30,430 bases of DNA from a candidate division WOR-3 bacterium (GCA_027064565.1 JAMOPK010000364.1:1-30430); one strand, 5' to 3'; shown: positions 9,819-17,498, counted from the stretch's first letter. Translations and numbers: made by a program. The notes: a model not told the origin generated them from the sequence alone.

Positions 9819-9847
9819 ATTCTAACCCATAAAAAAAGCTATGTCCA
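9819..9847 (-). promoter_or_regulatory. Sigma-70-type promoter for the nfi-fabG-pil operon
   Basis: On the - strand: TGGACA (9847-9842), 17 nt, TAGAAT (9824-9819), 7 nt, then the nfi ATG. Confidence 0.7.
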
Positions 9848-10027
9848 TGAGGCAAAATCGTGGTTGCAACCCCTGTGTATTAAATATGTTCGCTCAGACA
9901 TGAAATTTGCACAGGTATAAGCCTCTGAGATACAATAAAGTTGTATCGTCGCTTTGATTTAATGAACGGATGGAAACAATCTCAACGGAGAGTGAAATGA
10001 AGTCAACGTTGCAGTCTGAGCTTTTGA

Positions 10028-10286
10028 ATCGACATTAACCCCGTATTCGCGGAGATCTCCATAAAAGACTCGAACGCTATAGAAAAACAGTTAGGCAATG
10101 GAAACCTTCTTTCTCCGAATTAGATAAGAGCGAGACAAAATGGACTTAGAGCAATTGAGGCAATACCTGAACGGATTGGCGGATTCGCTCACTCCAGACA
10201 ACAGAGATTTGTTAAACGCAGGGTTAGAGGGTTTATCTTTTCCCTCAGAGTTCACAGGATTGCACAGTTACTGGACATCGTTATGA
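10028..10286 (+). pseudogene. Collapsed relic: C-terminal tail of a DNA methyltransferase followed by a 48-codon fragment of the adjacent gene
   Basis: 10028-10066 reads IDINPVFAEISIK; a -1 shift continues RLERYRKT. This resembles the (G)I(E/D)I(D/N)PxYxEIAxxRL tail of beta-class N4/N6 methyltransferases. ATG 10140 opens MDLEQLRQYLNGLADSLTPDNRDLLNAGLEGL..., stop 10286. Recognition is from memory only. Confidence 0.5.
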
Positions 10287-10323
10287 AAAAAATGGCTTCA
10301 TTGAATATCATGTTTTTCATTTC

Positions 10324-11241
10324 TCAGGCGTAGCAGCTCTCGATGGCGGCCACGAGGGCGTCGAATATCTCCTCAGGAGGCACGTAGCGTATCCCTTTGA
10401 GAGACCTTGAGAAATAGAACTGGCGCCGGGCGAAGGTTCTCGTTCGTTTCTTGGTTAGCCTGACGGCGGTCTCCAGATCCATTTTGCCCTGAAGGTGAAG
10501 GTATAGCTCGCGATAGCCCAGCGTGTTCATAGACGGCAGGCTGAGGTCGTAGCCCATCTCCATCAGGTTTCTGACCTCGTCTAAGAACCCCCGCTCCATC
10601 ATGACGTCCACCCTCCGATTTATGCGCTCGTAGAGCTGAGGTCGGGGCATGGCGTTGAAGAAATAGACCGGCCTGAACATCGGCTGTCTCTGGTTCTCCC
10701 TTCGCACGACCGAAATGGGTTTTCCGGTCTGGTAGAAAACCTCCAGCGCCCTGATGATTCGGAACCAGTCGTTGGGATGCACTTTTGCGGCCGTCTCAGG
10801 GTCAATTTTTTGCAGTTCATCGTAAAGTGCCGCGGGTCCTTCTTTTTCGAGCCGTTCTCTAAGTTTCTCGCGTACCGATTCCTCGATGGGCGGCGACTCG
10901 AAAAAGCCCTCAAAAAGTGCTTTGAGATACAGAATGGTGCCGCCGACGACGAGGGGTATCGAGCCGCTCTCCAGGGCCTTTTTAATCTCCCTTTCGGCGT
11001 CAAGTGCGAAATCCTGAGCGCTGTAGGTCTCATCGGGCATCCTGATGTCTATCAGCCGATAGTGCCGGCGCAATTCGGGCGGCGGTTTCGCTGTGCCGAT
11101 GTCCATGAACCTATAGACCTTTCGCGAATCGCAGGAGATCAGCGTGAGCTCAGGGAAACGCTCAAGCAATCGGCGGGCGATAGCGGTCTTGCCGGACGCC
11201 GTCGGGCCTGTCAGGACGATGATTTGGGGAAAACCGCTCAT
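10324..11241 (-). CDS. miaA: tRNA dimethylallyltransferase
   Basis: 305 aa; GPTASGKT, DSRKVYRFMDIGTAKP, VGGTILYLKAL, RIIRALEV, LGYREL, TRTFARRQ. Confidence 0.95.
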   Translation of the reverse strand: MSGFPQIIVLTGPTASGKTAIARRLLERFPELTLISCDSRKVYRFMDIGTAKPPPELRRHYRLIDIRMPDETYSAQDFALDAEREIKKALESGSIPLVVGGTILYLKALFEGFFESPPIEESVREKLRERLEKEGPAALYDELQKIDPETAAKVHPNDWFRIIRALEVFYQTGKPISVVRRENQRQPMFRPVYFFNAMPRPQLYERINRRVDVMMERGFLDEVRNLMEMGYDLSLPSMNTLGYRELYLHLQGKMDLETAVRLTKKRTRTFARRQFYFSRSLKGIRYVPPEEIFDALVAAIESCYA

Positions 11242-12935
11242 TTCTTCGCGTAAAGGTAACGCTTGATCTTCAGGGTTGGTGTCTTCTCGAACGGCTCCGG
11301 ATGCTCAACACACCGGGAGATCTTCGAGTAGGCAGGCAGTTTCTGGTTCACTTCCCGACAGATTTCGTCCAGAATTTCCCGCATGATCCGCTCGCGCTCG
11401 GCCTCGGATTTACCTTCCAGCCTGTCCTCGATCATGGCGTAATCTGGGTAGATCCATGCCTCCAACCTGCCATCATTTTGCAGGACAAGGGATTCCTGAA
11501 CCAGCGGATGGGCGTTGAATTTCTCCTCGATGGCCTCAGGGAAGATGTTTTCACCGCTCGGACCGAGGATCAAACTCTTCGACCTGCCCTTAATGTAGAG
11601 GTAGTTGTCATCGTCCAGGTAACCCAGATCCCCGGTCTTCAGCCAGCCGTCAGGGGTGAGCACCTCCTCGGTGAGTCTCCGGTTTTTGTAATAGCCCTTC
11701 ATGATGTTCGGGCCTCTCAGGTAGATTTCGCCGACCCCGGTCTCCGGGTCAGGGTTCTCTATCCTGACCTCGATGTCGATCAGCGGTTTGCCCACCGAGC
11801 CGGGCCGTGTCTCATTGACCTTTGCGCCTGCAACGACTGGAGAGGCCTCGGTCATCCCGTAGCCCGTCGCATAGGGGAAGCCGCATTTGCGCATGAACTG
11901 CTCTATCTCCTCGTTCAATGGCGCTCCGCCGAAGGACATGGTGCGGAGTTCGCCGCCGAAGAAGTCCATGAGCTTTTTGCCGATCTTCCGGTAAATCATT
12001 CCGGAAGTCAGCGGGTTTCTGACCAGGAACCTGATTACAAGGTTTTTCTGGAGCGATGGCACCACCTGCTTTTTATAGATTTTTTCGATGATGAGCGGCA
12101 CGGAGGCCATGACGGTCGGTCTGACCTTAGCACAGGCCATTTGCAGGATGCGCGGAGTCGGTTTCTTGCCAATGTAATAGATCGGGGCGCCTTTGTAAAG
12201 CACGTAGAGGAAGCCGAGGGTGTTCTCGTAGGAATGGGACATCGGGAGGATGGAGAGTATCCTGTCCTCAGGCGTCACGTCGAAGAAATGGTCGATCTGG
12301 ATGATGTTCGAGGCGATGTTGTAGTGGGTCAGCATGACGCCTTTGGAATGCCCGGTCGTCCCGGATGTGTAAACTATGGCTGCGAGGTCGTCCTCGTCCG
12401 GCTCGTATTTGATTAACCCGACCTTCGATGGCAGGCTCCTCAAAAGTTCAGATGCCTGTTCTATCAGGCGTGAGATCGGGGATGTTTTCACCGGATTCCG
12501 TTCCGGCACAAAGTCGTCCAGCGAGATGATATGCTCCACACCTGAGACATCGACTTCTGAGAGCTTCTCGATCTGCCGTCTTGTGGCGAACACGATTCGA
12601 CTGCCGGAGTGTTTCAGGATGTGAGCCATGTCATCGGCGTGGAAATCCGGCAGGATCGGCACCGCAACCGCTCCCATGAAGACTATTGCGAGGTAAGCGA
12701 TCCCCCAATTCGGCGAGTTCTCCCCGATGATGGCAACCCGGTCGCCTTTGATGATCCCGTGATCCTGAAGCATGTGCGATAGCGAAATGACCTTCTCCTT
12801 CAGTTCCCTGAACGTGATCGGCACGGAGTCATAGAACCCAAGGGCCGGCCTGTCGCCGTATTCATCGAATTTCGGGCACAGAAGCGCCCTGAGTGTCTTT
12901 TTCACATTGATTTCGTCAACTTTCCATTTTTTCAT
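11238..12935 (-). CDS. Long-chain fatty-acid-CoA ligase (AMP-binding family)
   Basis: YTSGTTGHSKGVMLTH P-loop, GYGMTEASP, TGDLG, IKGRSKSLI, GENIFPEAIE, FEKTPTLKIKR. Start reassigned to ATG 12935 (565 aa) because the promoter overlaps the longer ORF start. Confidence 0.9.
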   Translation of the reverse strand: MKKWKVDEINVKKTLRALLCPKFDEYGDRPALGFYDSVPITFRELKEKVISLSHMLQDHGIIKGDRVAIIGENSPNWGIAYLAIVFMGAVAVPILPDFHADDMAHILKHSGSRIVFATRRQIEKLSEVDVSGVEHIISLDDFVPERNPVKTSPISRLIEQASELLRSLPSKVGLIKYEPDEDDLAAIVYTSGTTGHSKGVMLTHYNIASNIIQIDHFFDVTPEDRILSILPMSHSYENTLGFLYVLYKGAPIYYIGKKPTPRILQMACAKVRPTVMASVPLIIEKIYKKQVVPSLQKNLVIRFLVRNPLTSGMIYRKIGKKLMDFFGGELRTMSFGGAPLNEEIEQFMRKCGFPYATGYGMTEASPVVAGAKVNETRPGSVGKPLIDIEVRIENPDPETGVGEIYLRGPNIMKGYYKNRRLTEEVLTPDGWLKTGDLGYLDDDNYLYIKGRSKSLILGPSGENIFPEAIEEKFNAHPLVQESLVLQNDGRLEAWIYPDYAMIEDRLEGKSEAERERIMREILDEICREVNQKLPAYSKISRCVEHPEPFEKTPTLKIKRYLYAKK

Positions 12936-12942
12936 GGCTGGA

Positions 12943-12971
12943 ATTTTAAGCCCAATCGGCGCGCCCTTCAA
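12943..12971 (-). promoter_or_regulatory. Sigma-70-type promoter for the fadD-like/miaA unit
   Basis: On the - strand: TTGAAG (12971-12966), 17 nt, TAAAAT (12948-12943), 7 nt, then ATG 12935. Confidence 0.7.
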
Positions 12972-13015
12972 AATGTTCTATGTTAGGCGGATGTGAGCTA
13001 AGAGTGAGTTAAAGG

Positions 13016-13294
13016 TTAACACATATGATAGCCGTCATTGTGGATTGGGCGTCTCGCCCGACGCCTGAACAGGTGGTGAGATGATCGAGGCTGGTATTTA
13101 GCCTGATGCTTCATGACGGCCGGGGACGGCCGTCCCACCTTTGTTTTAGCTTCCCACATCTGTTTTACTGACTGCTTCATCATGAGTGACACCTGATGGC
13201 CATCCTGCTGGTATTCGGATACGGGAACGAAATAGTGTCCTTCAGGGTCAAACAGAACGTCTTTCGGTTTTTGAACATTTGGGTAAACCATCAA
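13016..13294. pseudogene. Degenerate relic region: possible IS3-type core fragments on +, short beta-propeller-like fragment on -
   Basis: + strand 13025-13081 MIAVIVDWASRPTPEQVVR and 13115-13129 DGRGR echo the IS3-family motifs DWxSR and SMDGRGR, in the right order. The - strand 92-aa ORF begins VQKPKDVLFDPEGHYFV, like one NHL/propeller blade. Confidence 0.3.
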
Positions 13295-13297
13295 AGA

Positions 13298-13326
13298 TTG
13301 AAACGTTGGTCATATACCATTAGAAT
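13298..13326 (+). promoter_or_regulatory. Sigma-70-type promoter for the fibre operon
   Basis: TTGAAA (13298-13303), 17 nt, TAGAAT (13321-13326); GGGAGG RBS before ATG 13454. Confidence 0.7.
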
Positions 13327-13453
13327 GTCGGGTTGAAAAGGCTCATGCTGCCTGAGGATCTCATGGGGTGGTTGGAGGAAGCACCCGCCTTTGTGATTCC
13401 CCGGTAGTGTGTGATTGGAATTGAGTGCGACCAAAACAAGGGGAGGTTAAATT

Positions 13454-16400
13454 ATGTTATGGTTGGTTCTAATATCAACGCTGGGGTTTAATTCCATAAC
13501 CCCGGGGATGGCTATTGAGCGGGAGATAGGCCGTTCATCCAACAAAAATGTCCCGTATCACATCAACTATCAGGGATTCCTGACATCCGGTGGCTCAGTG
13601 GTAAACGACACTTTGCAGATGGTTTTCAGGATATTTGGTAGTTCGACCGGAGGCAGTCCGTTGTGGGAGAGCCATGCAATGAACGTTGTGGTTAGGGATG
13701 GCGTTTTCGATGTGGTTCTCGGTTCGGCTGTTCCGATACCGCCGGACGTGTTCAATGGCGATGTGAGGTGGCTTGAGATCGAGATCGAAGGCACGGTTAT
13801 GAGTCCGAGGCAGGAGCTGGGTAGCGTTGGCTACAGTGTCAGGTCCGTTTTCGCTGATACGACGGCCTTTGCCGTTTCCAGTGGACATGCCGACTCGGCA
13901 CGCAGGGCGAGGTTCTCCGACCATGCCGCTCTTGCCGATCAAGCTGACACTGCCGCCTTTGCGGCGGAGGCCGGTCACGCCACGACGGCTGACACCGCGC
14001 TTTTCGCCCACGTGGACTCAGTCGATTATGCCCTTGAATCTCATCATGCCATATTGTCAGATTCGGCTGGATATGCCCTCTTATCCGGGCACGCCACAGT
14101 CTCTGACTCGTCTGTCCACGCCCAGCAAGCTTATCATGCTGTGAGTTCTGATACGGCGAGTTTCGCCATGGCTTCTGCCCATGCATCCGTGGCCGACACA
14201 GCGATGTTTGTCGCCGTGGACTCGGTGAACTATGCCGTCACAGCCGGTCACGCAACAGCTGCAGATTCAGCCGGTTTCGCAGCCAATTCGGGTCATGCGC
14301 TCGTGGCCGACAGCGCCCTGCACGTCTCGGTTGATTCGGTTCGACATGCCGTGACGTCTGACTCGGCGGATTATGCCGTCAACTCCGGGCACGCCGTTGT
14401 TGCGGATTCCGTAATCCATTCCGTCAACCACGTCTCACGTGCAGACACAGCGGATTATGCGGACTACGCCCGACATGCCGGTGTTGCCGATAGCATTGCG
14501 GATTTCTCCGTTGACACAGTTCAGCATGCGATTACAGCCGATTCCGCGGACTACGCCGTGGCAGCAGGTTCAGCTGACTACGCACAGCATGCTGGTGTCG
14601 CAGACAGCGTAAGTAATTTGTCCGTTGATTCGGTTCAGCATGCGGTGACGTCCGACTCGGCTAATTATGCTGTGGCAGCGGGTTCAGCCGACGAAGCGAA
14701 CCATGCGACGGATGCCGACACTGCCCAGTATGCGTTTTCAGCAGGACATGCAGATTTTGCCGACAGTTCTGTTGTTTCCGACTCGGCCGATTTCGCCCAT
14801 CATGCCGCCATGTCCGACAGCGCACTGAGGGCCGACTCCGCAGACTTTGCGGCTTCGTCCCACAACGCAGTTTATGCTGATACAGCGCTTTACGCACACA
14901 TCGATTCCGTAAATTACGCCTCGTCCGCAAATAATGCTAATTATGCAACTCATTCGGACACATCGAATTATGCTTTTTCGGCCGGATATACGCCGGTTAG
15001 CGACACGGCCAATTATGCCTCGTCGGCGGGCAATGCCTCAACAGCGGATTACGCCGCTCGATCTGATACCAGCGCCTATGCGGAAAGTGCAAACAATGCT
15101 ACCACTGCCGATACTGCACAGTTCGCTTATTATTCTGCTCACGCAGCTTATGCCGATTCCAGTTTGACGGCGCTGTGGAGGACTGATGGAATGGTGCTTT
15201 ACCCGAAAAGCGGCTACGGCATATCTATCGATACCGAAAACGTGTATTACGGAAATTTTGCTTACACTCATGTCAATCTGGGATTCCATTCCTTCACTGG
15301 ATATTCCGATACCACAAAATACGCCAGCGTTCTGGGTGGTTATCGCAACTGGGCCGAAGCCACATACTCTGTCGTAGGCGGCGGTCTCCACAATGCGGCT
15401 GTTAAAGAATTTTCCGCGGTTATGAGCGGTGATTCTAATTCTGCGGGGGGTAAATACTCTTTTATCGGTGGCGGTGCGCAGAACTATGCACTGAGCAATT
15501 ACGCGGTTATTGTAGGAGGCAGGGATAATGACGCAAATTACGAGAAAGCCGTTGTTGTAGGAGGTAGCTCCAATTCGGCATACGGAGTTAGCGCGTCAGT
15601 GGTTGGCGGAGATTCCAACCTCGCCAGCGGCTCCTACTCTTTCGTAGGCGGCGGGCAATACGATACCGTAGGTTCATTTGCTGGATTCATCGGTGGAGGC
15701 GTGAACAACAGAGTTGCGTCATCCTACAGCGGCATAGCTTCGGGTTATAGCAACTATGTAACTGGTTCCATATCGTTCGTTGGTGGTGGCGCGAAGGATA
15801 CTGCATCTGGAGCATATTCCGCGGTGCTTGGCGGTTATAAGAATGTTGCAAGTGGGTTTGCCAGCCTTGTTGTTGGAGGCTATATAAACAGCGCTTCCGG
15901 TGACCGCGCGGTTGTGGTTGGAGGTTACAACAATGAGGCAAACACCATTTATTCCACTGTCGTAGGAGGATCCGACAACGCAGCGGCTGATTCATTCTCT
16001 TTCATCGGAGGCGGAAGATTTAACATAACAGGCAAATATGCAGTAGTTACAGGAGGGTATAAAGATACGGCATCAGGAGAATATTCCTTCATCGGAAACG
16101 GTTACAGAAACAATGCCTCTGGATATAGTTCAATCGTAGTTGGCGGTTATTTGAACGATGTCGGAGGAAAATATGGATTTATTGGGGGCGGCTGGTATAA
16201 CGAAGCATCCGCCTATACCAGCGTCGTGCTGGACGGCTACTGGAATGAGTCATCGGATTCATTTGCCACTGTCATCAACGGAATGTCCAACTCGGCAAGC
16301 GGCCATTATTCTTTTGTTGCTAATGGAAAATACAACATCGCCGACGGCGACTTTACTTTTATTTTTGGATATTACGCCAGAACCCAGGGCTATGACAGTG

Positions 16401-16819
16401 TTGCCGTGTTTAACTGGGGGAGCGGGCAAGGCCACTTTTTCATAGGAAACAACGCTTTTTCGACCAGCCATCGCCTTTACGTCAATGGAACCATCTATTC
16501 TTCAAAGGGCATCTACCAGAAGGCCCCATCGGGGAAGGCGCTGGAGACCAAAATTGACGATGCCATGGGTAGAGTCAGCCGTCTGAACGGCGTCTTTTAT
16601 TCCGATGATGGAGAGGATGACGTTGGCCTGAACGCCGATGAGGTCGCTCAGGTGGTGCCTCAGGCCGTGGCCTATTCCCCTGAGGGAGAGGTCGAAGGCG
16701 TGGATTATTCCAAACTCGTTCCCGTGCTTATCGAAGCGATCAAGGCTCAACAGAAAGAGATCGATCAGCTGAAGGCCCGGGTGCAGGAGCTGGAAAAAGC
16801 ACGGGATGGGCAGAGATGA
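13454..16819 (+). CDS. Secreted tail-fibre-like protein: N-terminal beta domain, Ala/Ser-X-X shaft, 15-aa beta-roll repeats, C-terminal S74-type intramolecular chaperone
   Basis: 1121 aa; short hydrophobic N-terminus; INYQGFLT...RIFGSSTGGSPLWE...DGVFDVVLG module; repeats as listed separately; C-terminus LNGVFY...VGLNADEVAQVVPQAV...VDYSKLVPVLIEAIKAQQKEIDQLK is typical of the endosialidase chaperone domain. Confidence 0.85.
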   Translation: MLWLVLISTLGFNSITPGMAIEREIGRSSNKNVPYHINYQGFLTSGGSVVNDTLQMVFRIFGSSTGGSPLWESHAMNVVVRDGVFDVVLGSAVPIPPDVFNGDVRWLEIEIEGTVMSPRQELGSVGYSVRSVFADTTAFAVSSGHADSARRARFSDHAALADQADTAAFAAEAGHATTADTALFAHVDSVDYALESHHAILSDSAGYALLSGHATVSDSSVHAQQAYHAVSSDTASFAMASAHASVADTAMFVAVDSVNYAVTAGHATAADSAGFAANSGHALVADSALHVSVDSVRHAVTSDSADYAVNSGHAVVADSVIHSVNHVSRADTADYADYARHAGVADSIADFSVDTVQHAITADSADYAVAAGSADYAQHAGVADSVSNLSVDSVQHAVTSDSANYAVAAGSADEANHATDADTAQYAFSAGHADFADSSVVSDSADFAHHAAMSDSALRADSADFAASSHNAVYADTALYAHIDSVNYASSANNANYATHSDTSNYAFSAGYTPVSDTANYASSAGNASTADYAARSDTSAYAESANNATTADTAQFAYYSAHAAYADSSLTALWRTDGMVLYPKSGYGISIDTENVYYGNFAYTHVNLGFHSFTGYSDTTKYASVLGGYRNWAEATYSVVGGGLHNAAVKEFSAVMSGDSNSAGGKYSFIGGGAQNYALSNYAVIVGGRDNDANYEKAVVVGGSSNSAYGVSASVVGGDSNLASGSYSFVGGGQYDTVGSFAGFIGGGVNNRVASSYSGIASGYSNYVTGSISFVGGGAKDTASGAYSAVLGGYKNVASGFASLVVGGYINSASGDRAVVVGGYNNEANTIYSTVVGGSDNAAADSFSFIGGGRFNITGKYAVVTGGYKDTASGEYSFIGNGYRNNASGYSSIVVGGYLNDVGGKYGFIGGGWYNEASAYTSVVLDGYWNESSDSFATVINGMSNSASGHYSFVANGKYNIADGDFTFIFGYYARTQGYDSVAVFNWGSGQGHFFIGNNAFSTSHRLYVNGTIYSSKGIYQKAPSGKALETKIDDAMGRVSRLNGVFYSDDGEDDVGLNADEVAQVVPQAVAYSPEGEVEGVDYSKLVPVLIEAIKAQQKEIDQLKARVQELEKARDGQR
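13853..15163 (+). repeat. About 437-aa (Ala/Ser-X-X)n coding repeat with six V/I-D-S/T-V-x-Y/H nodes
   Basis: For example ANH-ATD-ADT-AQY-AFS-AGH-ADF-ADS-SVV-SDS-ADF-AHH; nodes HVDSVDY, AVDSVNY, SVDSVRH, SVDTVQH, SVDSVQH, HIDSVNY. Confidence 0.9.
14459..14686 (+). repeat. Imperfect tandem duplication, 2 x 114 bp (38 aa)
   Basis: ADYARHAGVADSIADFSVDTVQHAITADSADYAVAAGS (14459-14572) then ADYAQHAGVADSVSNLSVDSVQHAVTSDSANYAVAAGS (14573-14686). Confidence 0.85.
15320..16351 (+). repeat. 23 tandem 15-aa repeats (one of 14 aa), consensus (Y/F)S-hyd-hyd-G-G-G-x-x-N-x-A-S-G-x
   Basis: Split by hand from YASVLGGYRNWAEAT to YSFVANGKYNIADGD; 344 codons = 23x15-1; resembles the beta-roll head repeats of trimeric adhesins/fibres. 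Confidence 0.9.
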
Positions 16820-17349
16820 GACGGTTACTCCCTCTCATCCTGACATTGATTTTGCCGGCTGTTGTTTTTGCTCAGTCGAACTATGAGCTCAGGGCCGGCC
16901 AGATTTCCATGGGGGGCGGCAGCGCCGCCTCACAGAACTACACCCTGAAAAGCGTCTCAGGGCTTTCTGTCACAGGCAGAAGCTCAGGTGGAGCCTTCAC
17001 TCTGACATCAGGAATGCCTTACGGGAGCATAACTTTCGGCATCGAGGAATCCCCCATCGAGCGTCCGCCCGCCATCTTCAAGCTCTATCCAATGGCGCCT
17101 AATCCATTCAGAAACCACACAAGGATAATTTTCTCGATCCCGTCGAAAACCGACGTTGCTATCTCGGTTTACGATGTTTCCGGCCGATTGGTCTGGAGCG
17201 TGTTCATGGATGACGTCGAGCCGGGACAGCACTCCGTCGGATGGAACGGGACTGACGTCAACGGTCACCATCTGCCCGGAGGCATGTATATCCTCAGATT
17301 TCGGGCGGGTGAATTCGACGAGGTCAGGAAGTTCCTGATTTTGAGGTGA
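16816..17349 (+). CDS. Small secreted protein with C-terminal T9SS type-A / FlgD-Ig-like sorting domain
   Basis: 177 aa; signal peptide ending AVVFA; about 55-aa Ser/Gly-rich segment with repeated SxNYxL; then LYPMAPNPF...ISVYDVSGRLV...WNGTD...LPGGMYILR...RKFLILR. ATGA overlap with the fibre stop. Confidence 0.85.
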   Translation: MRRLLPLILTLILPAVVFAQSNYELRAGQISMGGGSAASQNYTLKSVSGLSVTGRSSGGAFTLTSGMPYGSITFGIEESPIERPPAIFKLYPMAPNPFRNHTRIIFSIPSKTDVAISVYDVSGRLVWSVFMDDVEPGQHSVGWNGTDVNGHHLPGGMYILRFRAGEFDEVRKFLILR

Positions 17350-17356
17350 AAACATC

Positions 17357-17381
17357 GGGCGGCGGCCGAAGGCCGCCGCCC
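17357..17381. terminator. GC-rich hairpin just downstream of the fibre operon
   Basis: GGGCGGCGGCC-gaa-GGCCGCCGCCC perfect 11-bp stem, 8 bp after the stop; no U-tract. Confidence 0.6.
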
Positions 17382-17498
17382 ATCCCCATGCTGAAATTTC
17401 CATCCGCTTTAGCTCTCTGCCGGAACCCATTTCCCCTGACCCAGGAATAATGTCTACCTCTTGTCGAGTTTGGCATGGCTTTCAGGGTAAAAGCAGAT

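Noticed and set aside
13016-13294. 92-aa ORF as a functional gene
   Set aside because: No clear RBS; the second half is low-information Arg/His-rich sequence; kept only as a possible relic.
13853-16351. CRISPR array or non-coding tandem repeat
   Set aside because: The repeats are in-frame, degenerate at DNA level and conserved at protein level; there are no identical repeats with unique spacers.
13454-16819. Prophage or tailocin
   Set aside because: No capsid, baseplate, sheath, lysis or integrase genes; the fibre has a signal-like N-terminus and its own promoter.
17470-17490. Sigma-54 promoter (TGGCATGG...) as a PilR target
   Set aside because: The -12 TTGC element is missing at the required spacing; I found no convincing -24/-12 site in the intergenic regions.
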